Below, in pieces: positions 11,277-22,706 of a stretch of 64,000 bases of DNA. The stretch is from Eremomyces bilateralis CBS 781.70. Lineage: Eukaryota. Location of the stretch: NCBI GenBank assembly GCA_010015585.1, contig ML975150.1; one strand, given 5' to 3'. The notes below the pieces were generated by a model. It was not told where the DNA came from. It was given only the letters and a program-made list of their open reading frames with translations, and did no database searches. The first letter of the stretch is position 1; every line of letters begins with the position of its first letter. Made by a program: the position numbers and the translations under genes.

Positions 11277-14200
11277 CTAGAGAAGACGAGACAGGAGGCT
11301 CGTCAAGGTGATATCGATTCGCCGTGAAGAGTAATGGCATTGGACGGTTAGGTGTTCCGTCTAGGCAGCCAGAGACAAGGGACAATAGCGCCAGGAACCA
11401 GTGGGTTGGAAAGAAATGGCAATGGAGGGGGTATGCAGGATATAAAGCCGATCGTGGAACTAGTCAAAGCCATAGACGTGCTGAATTGGGCATGCCCCCA
11501 AATATAGAGGTCGCAATAAGAGACAACGAGCAGTGCGGTCAGCAGAGGCTCAGCGATAAGGTGAAAGCGATGAGTATGAGGTGTCCAGACAGTAAGCTAG
11601 GATGGGATCGACTAGACTGGGTGAGGAACGGGAACGCCCGCAAAAGTCGGTATGATTGGGCCGGGGAGGACGAGAGGACTGAACAGAGGACAAGGCGGGG
11701 ATAAAGAATGGGTTGAAACCTTCTCAGTAGGGCCGAAAGACGAAATGCAAAGAAAAGTGGATGTGATCGTGGTGGAACTGGCGAAATCGGACTGTCCGTG
11801 TAGTGAAGCCGTGGAGTAAAGAGTGAGCGGCCAGTGGAGAGTCCTCAGCTACACCACGACTGAGAGTGGGATCGGTGTTACTTGAAGGCAAGGATCCGCA
11901 AGACAAAGTATGAGTGGGATGGGGGCAGTGAAACCGTATCAGCGTCTTGGAAAGATCAGGCTGTGGTTATGCCATACGAGGGCCTGCTGAGCGGCAAGGC
12001 GTCGTCGTTGATATGAAGGTCAATGATGAGATGGAGTGGGAAAATGGCGATCTTGGATTGTTGCGCTCAGACACCTGGCATTTGTTGAAACAGGTTGAAA
12101 AGACAAAAAGGAACGGAAAAAGGACACTTCAATCCATTGCAAACTCCAAAAGCCCCTCCGAACTCAGCGGTCGGACATCATGTCAATGACAGGTTGTAAT
12201 GACGGTGTAACTTTGAAGTGGTCCCGAACATAAAACGGAATAATGCTCCCTGTAAGGCGACAACACCGCCACGCGGGTCATTGATTGCTTGAGAAATCTC
12301 TCGGAGTGCGTGCTTTTTGGGGGCCACCATGGGGCGCGGATGGCTTCGATGGGCATGCAAGAATGACAGAAACGTCGAGAATGGGATTTACCCTGGTCCG
12401 TAGGGGTTGAAAGGGAGCAGGGACAGGGCTCGCCCCGTGCATCTCTCTTGATTCCATTGATAAGACCACGAAATTCTAGAATGTCCCTGACCAGCCTCGA
12501 AGACCCCGGTCGCGCTGATAGATTTAAAACCATATTATCGTCCATCATGCCTCTGAGATAAAGGGAGATCATCTTTCGCTCCCACGGGTTATCTTCAACT
12601 CTCCATACTACCCAAATTGCTTTAGTGACTACCACCAGCTTATCGGCAAAGGCAGGCTCTTAGATGGCAGATGGCAGCTGAGAAGCAAGCCTGTACTGGT
12701 GTCATCGACTCCATAATCTGATCCAGCAGGATGGTGCTGTACTGGGTACATATCAGTACTCGCCTACTCGGGGAGGTGCTAAGCTTTCCGTGATTTGTGC
12801 AACCCGGGCACGATAAAGTTTCGCCACCAGACGGTCTGAAACTGGTTTCTGTCGAACTCTCGGATTGATCCTCGGTGCTCATAACGCACAACTTCGCAAG
12901 GCTCTGCGATTGTACAGATTAAACAGTGCCGCATACGCCAATGACGGAGGGGTCTGACCGATTCTGGCAATCTGAATTCTTATCAAATGCAGGTTGTAAT
13001 CCTTGTCCCCACCCCCACAGTATCTGTGCCCACATTTCCGCCAGCCCAGGGACCACCGGCAAGGATTTGGATAACCTCCCCGCCAATCAGAATCTACCGG
13101 TCATCCCTTGAATGGATGGCTGCGAGCCCCTGTCCGAGGCTGGGGTCGTCGATGTATTGTGGTGATAATGTGTATGTAATGGTGTGTGTATCCCGACTTG
13201 TCTTGCAACTTTAGAGATCGCATCCGTGAACAGAATCAGTGCGAGCATTTATTCGCCGTTGTATAGAAACCCTGATATTCGATACTTTTACACGGTCGAC
13301 GGCGTGGTATCGGTATCACTGGATGCAGGCGTGAAATCGGATTCAACACTGCATTGATCCTCCGACGTCATATTCCCCGAGCGGGCGGGAGAATATAATT
13401 CAATCTCAGTGGTTGGATAGGAACCAGATAGATATTCCAGACCCACGATAGTCTCACGCGATCACCCGGGAGGAATGTCGCTCGATGATAGCGGGAGAAA
13501 ATCAGTGTAGAGCTGTCGATCTATCCTAGTAGGTCATAAAGCAAAGCAAATATTCGATACTTGCCTCGGAGCAGGTGTAGAAACGGTTGTCTCCTCCGCA
13601 TGGACAGTAAATATGGCATGGGATCATTTAGATGGCAAGCCGTTGCACTGATTGGGAAGATCTTCGCTCTGGGAGGATCCAGCTCTATCGTAAAGTCTGT
13701 GTGGTAATTGAAAAGAGTTGTCGTTCCGATCCCCGAAGACTCCAACATGCTTGCATGTCCGCCGTTGAGTAGATCTTGTTCACAAAATTCCATCTCCACT
13801 CGTGATGTAGAAGACTAGTAAGGTCAGATATGTCTCTTGTTGGATTTGACTGCACCAATACTTCGCCTGCCGTATAGTCTAGGTAGGTTTTAAAGCTAGC
13901 CCCATCGCCTAGAAGATGGGTGTCGACTTGTAACGGTGAGGCTAACTTAAAGCGATTCGTCTGCATGGCCTGGGTAACACGAGCCTGGAGCAGAGATCAA
14001 ACTGTTCCATTGGTGCCTCGACAAGAATACACGCTTGAGTACCACATTTCATCCATCACATGAAAATCTGTCAAATTCTCGGTCATATTGGCAACGTGCT
14101 ATGCTTTTGACCTGAAGTTGGAGCCTGCAAGTGATAGGATCCGGAGGATGCAAGAGAACTGCAAAGTCCCGTAAACTGAGGATTTGGAATTATCATCCGG

Positions 14201-17186
14201 CGCGGGGTTCCAAAGACAGAGAAACGATCGGAGTAGATCCTATTGTTCCGAACCTCTACCGATTTCGAGCCGCATATGTTTGTCAGCAGGCGATGTCATT
14301 GATTCTAGAGTTGAGATCGGGAATGACGATTAGGATGAAAAGAGCTGGCCAGCAGGTGCAGAACCGGAGGAGGCTAATAACGTCAGTCAGCTTCAAATGG
14401 ACCCCAGGGTGTTCTAAAAACCTAGTAGAATCGGCCATATCCCGCCATTATGTCTGCTTTTTTCACGAGGCCGTTTGATGGCGCGGGTCATCCAGAATAT
14501 ACCTATCAGAGAAGCGTCACAACGCCAACTTTCTTAAATGGCAGCTCTATCTTCCACGCACATTCTTCATTAGTTCAAGCCAGTTTCTTCCAGGTTTCAG
14601 CATCATTTATGATGCTGTGATAAGTTCCATAGATGGCCCGCTGGATTCCCTCGTACCCGACCCTTGGGCCCCTGATCGTTGGATCTTTGATTCTCGTCGG
14701 GGCTGAACAATGAGATGGGTCTTCCATGTTCCATATCTTGGGTGTGACAAAGGTCCCCTTTTCTGAAAGTCTCCGAGCTCTATGGCCTTCGCTTTGTCCT
14801 GCCTTCTGAAGAGCATCGCGAGTCAGTAGACCTTTGACAATGTAGCTGCAGAGGAAGCACAGAGTGGGAAGAAGGGGAAGACACCCTGATTTTCCTGTGA
14901 AGGATCTGTGAAGCGATAAGTGGTGAAAAGTTCTCTTTTCCTGTGACTAGAAACCGGATTGTAGTAGAGTATAAGAATCCAAACATGAAGTGAAGGAGAA
15001 TTGACAGAAGGTCCGCAGCAGTGATGAGCTTCTACTGTGAACTTCTCGGACAAAAGATGATGAAGCGGTTATCGAATTACCACCAAAGTCTTGAAAACAC
15101 GCTCAAAACCATGTTTGCTATCGTCGTACTGACAATGGACATGTAACTGTGAAGTTGGGATGGCTACAATAGACATGTTCGTTGCGCAAAGCAGGCGTGC
15201 CAGCAGGAGTCATGAAATCTCGAGATATGCAATGCAGTCCTGCTCGCCTACTGCCAAGTTAATTCCCTTGGAACATTAAGAAACATTGCACAATACTTAT
15301 TACTTTGGTTAGGACGATGTGAGATGAAGGAGAGTTGATTTTGGAGGATTGGATTCAGGTTCTGAATCTCCAGTCTCACGTGCCTCTGCTGACTCCACCA
15401 CATATGGTACCATATTATGGATACCATACAGCCCACCCTTAATTTCCTATGTTAGAAGCAGATACATAGAGAAGATAGAAGGAGATAGAAAAATGGGGCA
15501 CAAGGCCACAAGGCACCAACGCATGTAATTAGTCAGCTTAGGTAGTTCCCCACATGGGGCCATGGGCCTCGCTGAGAGGCCTGACGGGCGTATGAATCTC
15601 TCTCTCTCTCTCACAGCCCACCCTGACAACCACACAATGAGCATCAACCCCGCCTCTTCTTCATCCATTTTTCATCAACGGTCAGTATCGTCATTTCGGC
15701 TTTGGGCCTCGGGACCACAAATTACTCTGAGGTTTCTTGATTGGTCTTCGTGACTTCTCTCACCGGTCATGGGCACCAGAACAATGATCCTCAACGCCTG
15801 GGGCAAGTCATTATGGAACTCCGCCACGAGAAGTTCACGATACCGATTGTTAACTGGATTCCAATTTTGAAGGCAACGACGGAGCATCCAACTAAATACA
15901 GTGTTATACGTTCGTGTGACGTGGTCAAGCAAGACAGAAGCTCGGGCATTGATAACGGTTGTTCGCCGTCGAGACTAAAAGGCAACTGTATTGCCTTAAT
16001 TCCCAACGTGCAACCTGTTTTTGGGCAGCAAGAAGAGAAGATGACATTATGCCTAGCATTATCTAGGTTGATTACAGATACCAAGTATTGCGGCATGTAT
16101 AGTTCATATTCCTTAGAAACAGTGTCTTTGTCCTTAACTGTTGTATCACTCAAAAGAGGCAATGAGGAGTATATCCGGGTTTAAATAATATCAGGCACTG
16201 GAGCGTAAGCTAGAGCTTGACACTCAATGTTACATTACTACAATGTACCAGGCATAGCAAGGTCTTGATGTCTATCGCGAGGCCGGCGGCTTTAACTATC
16301 CCCACGCTTGAATCGCCTCATCTTTCCTCACCAAACCACTGTCACGCGCGCTTGCGTTTAGGTTGCACGCTCGGTTTCCTTGATTTGCCCATCGAGTACC
16401 CTCTTGTTATCATTCGCTATTATCGCTACGGTGAGCTTCATAAGGTATCAAGTGACCTCTCTACTTTTAACCTTATTGCAGGTCAACGTATAGATACTCG
16501 GATTGAGCACTGTTCCGGCTTCTTTGGTGATACTGGGTCAAGTTTCCCTTGCTCCTTCTTTCATCATTGTCTAATGCCACTGTGGCTGAGCCGAGGAAAC
16601 CTGTGCTAATATGATTTGTTCGTGGTATTATTCCTATTTCCGCCTTGTTTCCTTGCTCATCGTCAGGCCATTGTTCTCCTTAATCCTCACTAGAGGTTCC
16701 TCATTTCTCCTTCTCACTCTTGCCTTTACTCACAGTAGCTCCGTTCGGTCAACGGCCTAGTATGGCTGTGCCACGGTCTAACGGGAGTTCCGATTCTTCC
16801 TACTCGTGCGAGGCATCGTGGACCCCACTCAGGAGCGAAGAACATCCTCATATGATCCCCAAACAGACGGCCTCGGGTTACAGAGATGAAAGACAAGAGG
16901 GAATCTGCCGGTGTCAGACAGTTGGCATCGTGAACTCCGAACAGGCAAGTTCTTCGCCTTTGAGCGAGGAATTGGAAATCTCCTACTTCTCGAAGTATTT
17001 AAATCCCCCGTGGACAGTCATGTTCTTCGTCTCTTTCATCATCCAGCTCAGCAGTACCTTCAGCAGATATCGCTTCACTTCTACACTCTCCTTGACCACT
17101 ATTAGGATCTTCAGTTGCATTGCCAATTTCCTCATCTAGACACCCTGTCGTGGTTATTCCCTCCAGATTTATGAACCATCTTCATC

Positions 17187-17336
17187 ATGGCTACATCCGT
17201 CTTCTCCGCCCCAGTATCTTTCGTCAATGATGTCTGGGTTTGCTGCAATTGTGGCAGTGCGAATCTCGATGCCAATTGTCCTGAGAAGTGCGGTGGCAAT
17301 TGCGACCACATTAAGTGTGGTGGGTGCTCGTCCTAG
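17187..17336 (+). CDS. Small Cys-rich putative zinc-binding protein, 49 aa (MATSVFSAPVSFVNDVWVCCNCGSANLDANCPEKCGGNCDHIKCGGCSS)
   Basis: Below the ORF-track cutoff. Good start context (CATC ATG G). WxCCxC...C...CxHxxCxxC pattern. An intron-like element 17336-17391 (GTACCG...ACTGAC...TAG) follows, and splicing it re-creates a TAA stop. Confidence 0.7.
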   Translation: MATSVFSAPVSFVNDVWVCCNCGSANLDANCPEKCGGNCDHIKCGGCSS

Positions 17337-18064
17337 TACCGTGACCTTCCTCCTTACTGCAATATAAGAGACCCAACTGACGACCCATTAGACGAATGCG
17401 AAAAGGAGGAGACCGGTTGCATGTAACCCGTTCAGTTCACGACTCGATTCGAACACCGTCTCCCCAGCATCCCTTTCTATGCCGGTCATTCCCACTCTTC
17501 CTTCAATCTTCGAGACCAACCCGCCCTGCTTCAGAGGTGGTATAGACTTTCGCTTTGTCTTCTTAGCTACTCCTCTGTTACGATTACGACTCGATCCCAC
17601 ATTTTACTTCGACTGAACTCCTTCGAGCTCGCACCACGCTGTCCCGATTGTTACTTTTATATCATCTTTTTGTCTCCTACCCCGTTCATTTAGTCATCCT
17701 ATAGCAATTTATTCTCCTCTGGAGCAAATCAAGCTTCATATTGGCATTATTCCGTACACAGACACCAACATTATGCGATGTAATATGATATATACCACCT
17801 ATCAAGTACCAGCCACACGGCGCTAATATTCCACACCCTCTCTAATAGTCTAATAAGCTCCCAAGCGGGCCCCCAAGGCAATCCTTTGAGATGGTGGCCA
17901 CATACCAGACCTTGATAACACTATCATCAGCCTGAGATGTAGTTTATAGGAATAGCTTCTCATTCCAATTTCTCTGAATGCCCTGTGGCTCCCTGTTGTA
18001 GTTTCGACAAGAGAGACTGTGATACATACCGCATGATTGACGCGAGACTGATTGGAGCGCCCGT

Positions 18065-18724
18065 CTGTCCACCATCCGTGCTGCTCTTTTAACTATGCCG
18101 ATCTTCCTTTGAGGATTTGCATATGGCATTATTAGTGTGCTGAACTAGAGATTCCACGTAGCTCTGTACGTCACCTAAGGGTGGAGCGCTAGACTACAAA
18201 GGGCTTCCTTGGGTGCGTGGTCGGTGGTCCTAAGGTCTGGACGTTGATATATTACTGACGAGTTATAAGTGCATAGTTACTTCATCGGACATCTCACACA
18301 TTCTAAATGGTCCGCAAGTTGGAATATCGGTACACTTTCATTCTGGCGCTCTTCGTCTACTACATTTAGGCCATGATATTCTGGCTCTCTGCCGTCAACC
18401 GCACATTTGGCAACTTCTCTAGTCCCGTGTTTATCATCGGTTCTAGACTTTCGGTACTTGAGTCTTCTATGAAGCTATACCTTGCTGTTGGTAATACGTC
18501 AAGTGGTTTGGGTTCCATCTCAAACTTCCCCAGAGTGTCCAGTCCGCCGCTTCAGTCTTGTCTCTAGGACTTGCTTCATATGTTAAGTTATTTTCAAGCA
18601 GCTCGCCGTCGATGACAAGGACTTAACCAATATTCAGTCCACTGATCTGGATATTGCTGCTTTCGTTGCCTTGATCGTCGCCGTCTTCTACTTCGCTCCA
18701 ATCCCTGAGATCACTGATGCGGAA
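18065..18724 (+). pseudogene. Decayed L-fucose/glucose permease (FucP/FHS-type MFS), N-terminal half only
   Basis: Fragments LLTMPIFL*GFAYGIISVLN*RFHVALYVT*GWSARLQRASLG, YFIGHLT, RKLEYRYTFILALFVYYI*AMIFWLSAVNRTFGNFSSPVFIIGSRLSVLESS, HLKLPQSVQSAASVLSLGLASYV and IAAFVALIVAVFYFAPIPEITDAE follow the order of FucP-family motifs (LFFLWGFAYG, FWPSA, GLSTLET, PEITDA). Stops at 18110, 18146, 18176 and 18367, plus frameshifts. Confidence 0.8.
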
Positions 18725-19036
18725 TGCCGGGCCATACAAGGATGACCACCACTGCCACTAGCGGGATTGAAGGGCCTACGCCCAAGCAACGCAACGTATA
18801 CGTACAGTCAATACGAATAGCTATTTAATCCAAGGCACCGTTCAAAAGGGCCCTTTACCCTGTCAGAACTGTGCGAGATCCGTTCATTCCTATCAGATCT
18901 AACTAATCAACTCTTTTCGTCACTACTCATCCCTCTTCCGCCCACTACCTTCACTTAGTATTGGGCGCTTCGCTACATTTATCGGTTCGAAACCCATCTC
19001 AACTGTCTGCAAAATCAACAACATCATTCTGTTACC

Positions 19037-20458
19037 ATGGCGGAAAATCCGAGCCCCAAGATCCCTGAAGGTCAAGCTTCTGTTTTCGGTGGTCTTTCTC
19101 AAAGTCTTTCATTCCATTCCTCCCCCGAAGACTTCATCGCATCCCGCATTCAAGTCGTGGATCAAGCTCATCGAGCTGGCCCAGCTGTCATTCGCGCGAA
19201 GATTCTGAATAGAGACGTTGCCATAATTTCTTCCCACAGGCTGTGCGAAGGTGTTTTGCGAGATGGAAATCCAGATGATCCAGTAATCACAACCCAAGGG
19301 AGGATTCCACATCGAAACACCTTTACTGCGGGGTCGGCGTATCGACAACTCATGGCTGACTTCTTTCCCCCCCCTAATCTACTCCTAATGGACTATGACG
19401 ACCACTCAGTCAAGCGAGAATCCTGGGAAAAACATCTCTCATCATTTCACTCGGATGTTACTCCAACAATACACGACATTACAAACGACCACATCTCCAG
19501 TTGGACCAACAGCAGTCCAATTGATTTGTATGATTCACTGAAAAGTCTCTCTTGGCGGATTATTCTAGGCATCTTTCTCCAGCTTCAGCCAACAGACGAA
19601 TTGTACCCAACTATTCAATCGCTTCAGGAAACGCTACTACGAGGCCAGTTCTCACTACTCCCGATAGCCCTTCGAACTCCGTTCTGGCACTCCCCGCGTG
19701 CAAAAGGTCTCGAAGCACGCCAGAAGCTCCAGGCCCTACTCAAGGACCACATCGTCACACAGAGCACAGAATGTCCGTTTTCAAAGCCAGGAGATATCTC
19801 AAAAGACGAGTTAGCCACGCACAGTCTTCTTTTTACCAGTTCACTTTCCGTCAAGGCGCTGGCATCGCTTCTCACCGCAACCATTTTAAACTTGTTCATT
19901 ATGCCCGGTGAGTCGTCGTTGGCGTCTCGCGTTCGAGCTGAGGTTTCAAATGATTCTGCCCAAAAGCTTTTGAGAAGCATACTTCTCGAAACGGAGAGAC
20001 TGAGTCCTCCCATCGTGGGGGTAATGCGTCGAGTAAATCAAGAGGTGATACTCTTGGATCCACACAGCCAGCCGCCCTCCCGCATCCCAGCCGGATGGGA
20101 CGCGTGGTTGTATTTCAGCGGCGCCGCTCGAGATAGGACGGTTTATCCGGAGCCTGATACCTTCATTCCGGAGCGATATCTTGAGCCCGACATGACCAAA
20201 CCGGGATTTGCATTCGGACATGGGGCCAAGACTTGTCTAGGCAAACCCCTCGTTCAGCAGATTGTTATGACGGTGGCCCAGGCGATTTTGCAATCAAACA
20301 TCCACCTTGATGGGAATGTTCATGCCGCAGGCGTTCGAGGGTGGCTAGGTTGGGAGTCTGGAGTCAGTGCGGATGCTTTCGCGAGGGATTTGAAACAATT
20401 ACCTTGCCAGAGGCCAAAGGATCCGATTCATATTCATGTAGTACGTGATCAGATATGA
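19037..20458 (+). CDS. Cytochrome P450, atypical (no N-terminal membrane anchor, degenerate I-helix), intronless, 473 aa
   Basis: ExxR (LLETERLSPP), PERF-like (FIPERY) and heme motif FGHGAKTCLG. Confidence 0.92.
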   Translation: MAENPSPKIPEGQASVFGGLSQSLSFHSSPEDFIASRIQVVDQAHRAGPAVIRAKILNRDVAIISSHRLCEGVLRDGNPDDPVITTQGRIPHRNTFTAGSAYRQLMADFFPPPNLLLMDYDDHSVKRESWEKHLSSFHSDVTPTIHDITNDHISSWTNSSPIDLYDSLKSLSWRIILGIFLQLQPTDELYPTIQSLQETLLRGQFSLLPIALRTPFWHSPRAKGLEARQKLQALLKDHIVTQSTECPFSKPGDISKDELATHSLLFTSSLSVKALASLLTATILNLFIMPGESSLASRVRAEVSNDSAQKLLRSILLETERLSPPIVGVMRRVNQEVILLDPHSQPPSRIPAGWDAWLYFSGAARDRTVYPEPDTFIPERYLEPDMTKPGFAFGHGAKTCLGKPLVQQIVMTVAQAILQSNIHLDGNVHAAGVRGWLGWESGVSADAFARDLKQLPCQRPKDPIHIHVVRDQI

Positions 20459-20687
20459 TTGTTCGGGCTGACGAGATATCTTTTATGGTAGAGAAGAGTC
20501 CAATCTAGAAATTGAGGAGATATTCCATTAATTACTCTATCCTCGCAATCGAAGTAAGAGATGAATAATCTTGACTGAGCTGATTAAGGTTTCCACAGTA
20601 GAGGCAAATTTCGAGCGGCTGCATCTTCTGGATATACATTATTTTCACCGGCAAGAAAAAATGAGTCTATTGTTTGCTGATTTTTAG

Positions 20688-21618
20688 CTAGCGTACAAGA
20701 TACCGTCTACCAAAGTTTCTAATACCCAGAAGCAGCCATATTGTATTTGTGATGCCTATTGCACCTGTGCCAAACTGGCATGACCGGTGAAGGTGAAGAT
20801 AGGCATCGACAGCTGAACGTCCCGTTTGTCGGCCAAAAGCGTACAATATCCAATAAATAAGGTAGACACGGCACAAAGCATAGACAGACAGATAGAGAAA
20901 GTGCGATAAAGCTATGGTTCTAGTTCGAGAGGGACTGGATTTGACCAAGTACCAACGCAAGGTTCCAAAAGGGGTCCTACCGAGAAAGTATTAGTCTACT
21001 TTAGTAGATGTGCATGTAGGAAACTCAAGCAACGTACGACGCGTTCATAACCATCAGCATTAAGATGATTAGTATACCCTTCTCTTTCCCCCGGGCAATA
21101 TACCACTGCAACATCCCCAGTCCAACTAGGAGTCCACCATGGTGGTATCCCAGTATTCGCCAGTTGATTGCCTTGGTCAAACTTCCTTTGCCACACTGTT
21201 GGCTACGTAGGTACGCACCAATCAATAAGATCACAGAATCTTGGGCCAAGTATGCAGTCTCGATGGTAACCAGACTGTTTGCCAGTGTGGACCGCGCGGT
21301 AATGATGGAGGAGGAAGATCCACTTGAAATTTTGTTGATATTTTCACCGGAGATGTCAAGGCCAGATAGGTTCCCTATGGAGTCTACGGAGGAGCTGTTG
21401 GGTGGCATCCATTTATCGCGCTGTTTGTAGAGTTCATATATTGATGCGAGGGCCACGAAGGAGCAATGCAAAGCGGAGACAGCTTCCCGGGATTTGGAGA
21501 ATTGCAACGGAGAGGGTTTTCGGGGAAGAAGCAGACGAAAAGCAAGAGGGTAAATCAAGAATGATGCCAAAAACGATGTTGATTGAGAAACATTCCAAGG
21601 TTGAACTGAAGTGGCCAT
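20688..21618 (-). CDS. TLC (TRAM/LAG1/CLN8) domain membrane protein; exons 21618-21038 and 20976-20688
   Basis: Motifs VSALHC, TAYLAQD, LGYHH and, after splicing intron 21037-20977 (GTACGT...CTAAT...TAG), MNASTPFGTLRWYL. Also YALCRVYL and several hydrophobic helices. Confidence 0.85.
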
Positions 21619-21785
21619 TTCCTCCGATATTCTTTTGAAGAGGCTGTTTTGCCTTGCCCGGAGGTGGAGCGCAAAGTAGAATTGAGGAAAAATAAGACAG
21701 CCGTGTTCTCTCGAGAGGCTCTTGAAGTCAAATCGAGGAGTTTTAATTAATCCATGTCCATTGGTCCTAGCGAGAAACCACCACC

Positions 21786-22400
21786 CTACTTCAAGGATGA
21801 TACCAGAAATCGTACTCGCTGAGCAATGCCGAAAGCCACAGCTAAGCTCATGATCCATGACAAGTTACCGACCCATCCCGGCCATATAAGCATTATAGAA
21901 AACAATATACCGCTCTCAAAACCCTCGACCAACGCCGGGTACATAGAAACACTCGTCAACTCATCCGCTTTCGGTGTTCCTGCGGCAGCGGCATAAAACA
22001 GAACGAAATTATTGATGTGGAATGAGGTCTCGAGAACAGCAACAGCCAACCAGTCAAGATGAGTGAGTGTGTTACGCTGCTGGAACGCGATTGCAATTGG
22101 TAGAAGTGAGTAGACGATAAAGTCGCAGAGAAGATCAATGAAGCCGCCAAGTTCTGAAGCAATTCCCCTGCTCCTGGCCAGAGATCCGTCGAGGCTGTCA
22201 AGGGTTCGATTCAATAGCCATAGAACAATGGCGCATGGAAGTCGGTCTTGGGTGGTTGATAGTGACTGGGCAAGACAAGACCCTAATCCACAAGCAAAGG
22301 CAAGAAGTGTGAGAGAGTTTGGAGTTAGAAATGACGGGACTAGGGCACAGACTGGTTTGGCGAGAGTTTCTTTAGTGTGCCTCAACGCAAGGTCGAACAT
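21786..22400 (-). CDS. CDP-alcohol phosphatidyltransferase family protein (YnjF-like), intronless, 204 aa
   Basis: TPNxLT motif and the family signature DxxDGxxAR...GxxxDxxxD (DSLDGSLARSRGIASELGGFIDLLCD). C-terminal LVEGFES resembles the YnjF-type subgroup. Confidence 0.92.
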   Translation of the reverse strand: MFDLALRHTKETLAKPVCALVPSFLTPNSLTLLAFACGLGSCLAQSLSTTQDRLPCAIVLWLLNRTLDSLDGSLARSRGIASELGGFIDLLCDFIVYSLLPIAIAFQQRNTLTHLDWLAVAVLETSFHINNFVLFYAAAAGTPKADELTSVSMYPALVEGFESGILFSIMLIWPGWVGNLSWIMSLAVAFGIAQRVRFLVSSLK

Positions 22401-22640
22401 AGTGTGAAATTTGACTTTTGAGAGGTGATTCTGTTGAGAATCAAGATACCTCGATGTCCTTATGACGCTGATAGCCCCGCCGCTAGCCCTGCCTACAGCA
22501 AAGCAATAACTACTAGCTTACTGGTAACTATACGCCCCCTGTCGTAAGCATAATGCAGCAGCCGGGGATAGGAATCCTTCTGATTAGTCATATTTGCGAT
22601 TTATCCCTGACTATATTTTTCTAACATGGAAATCCACCTG

Positions 22641-22680
22641 CACTGAATTGCACTGAATTGTACTGAATTTCACTGAATTC
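22641..22680 (+). repeat. Four tandem copies of a 10-bp unit (consensus CACTGAATTG) just upstream of the hydroxylase ATG
   Basis: cactgaattg cactgaattg tactgaattt cactgaattc. Confidence 0.9.
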
Positions 22681-22706
22681 CATCACGTACTTCGAAGAAC
22701 ACCATC

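Noticed and set aside
18981..18997. GGTTCGAAACC, a tRNA T-loop/B-box-like motif upstream of the P450
   Set aside because: The T-stem is imperfect, and no acceptor, D or anticodon arms or A-box were found.
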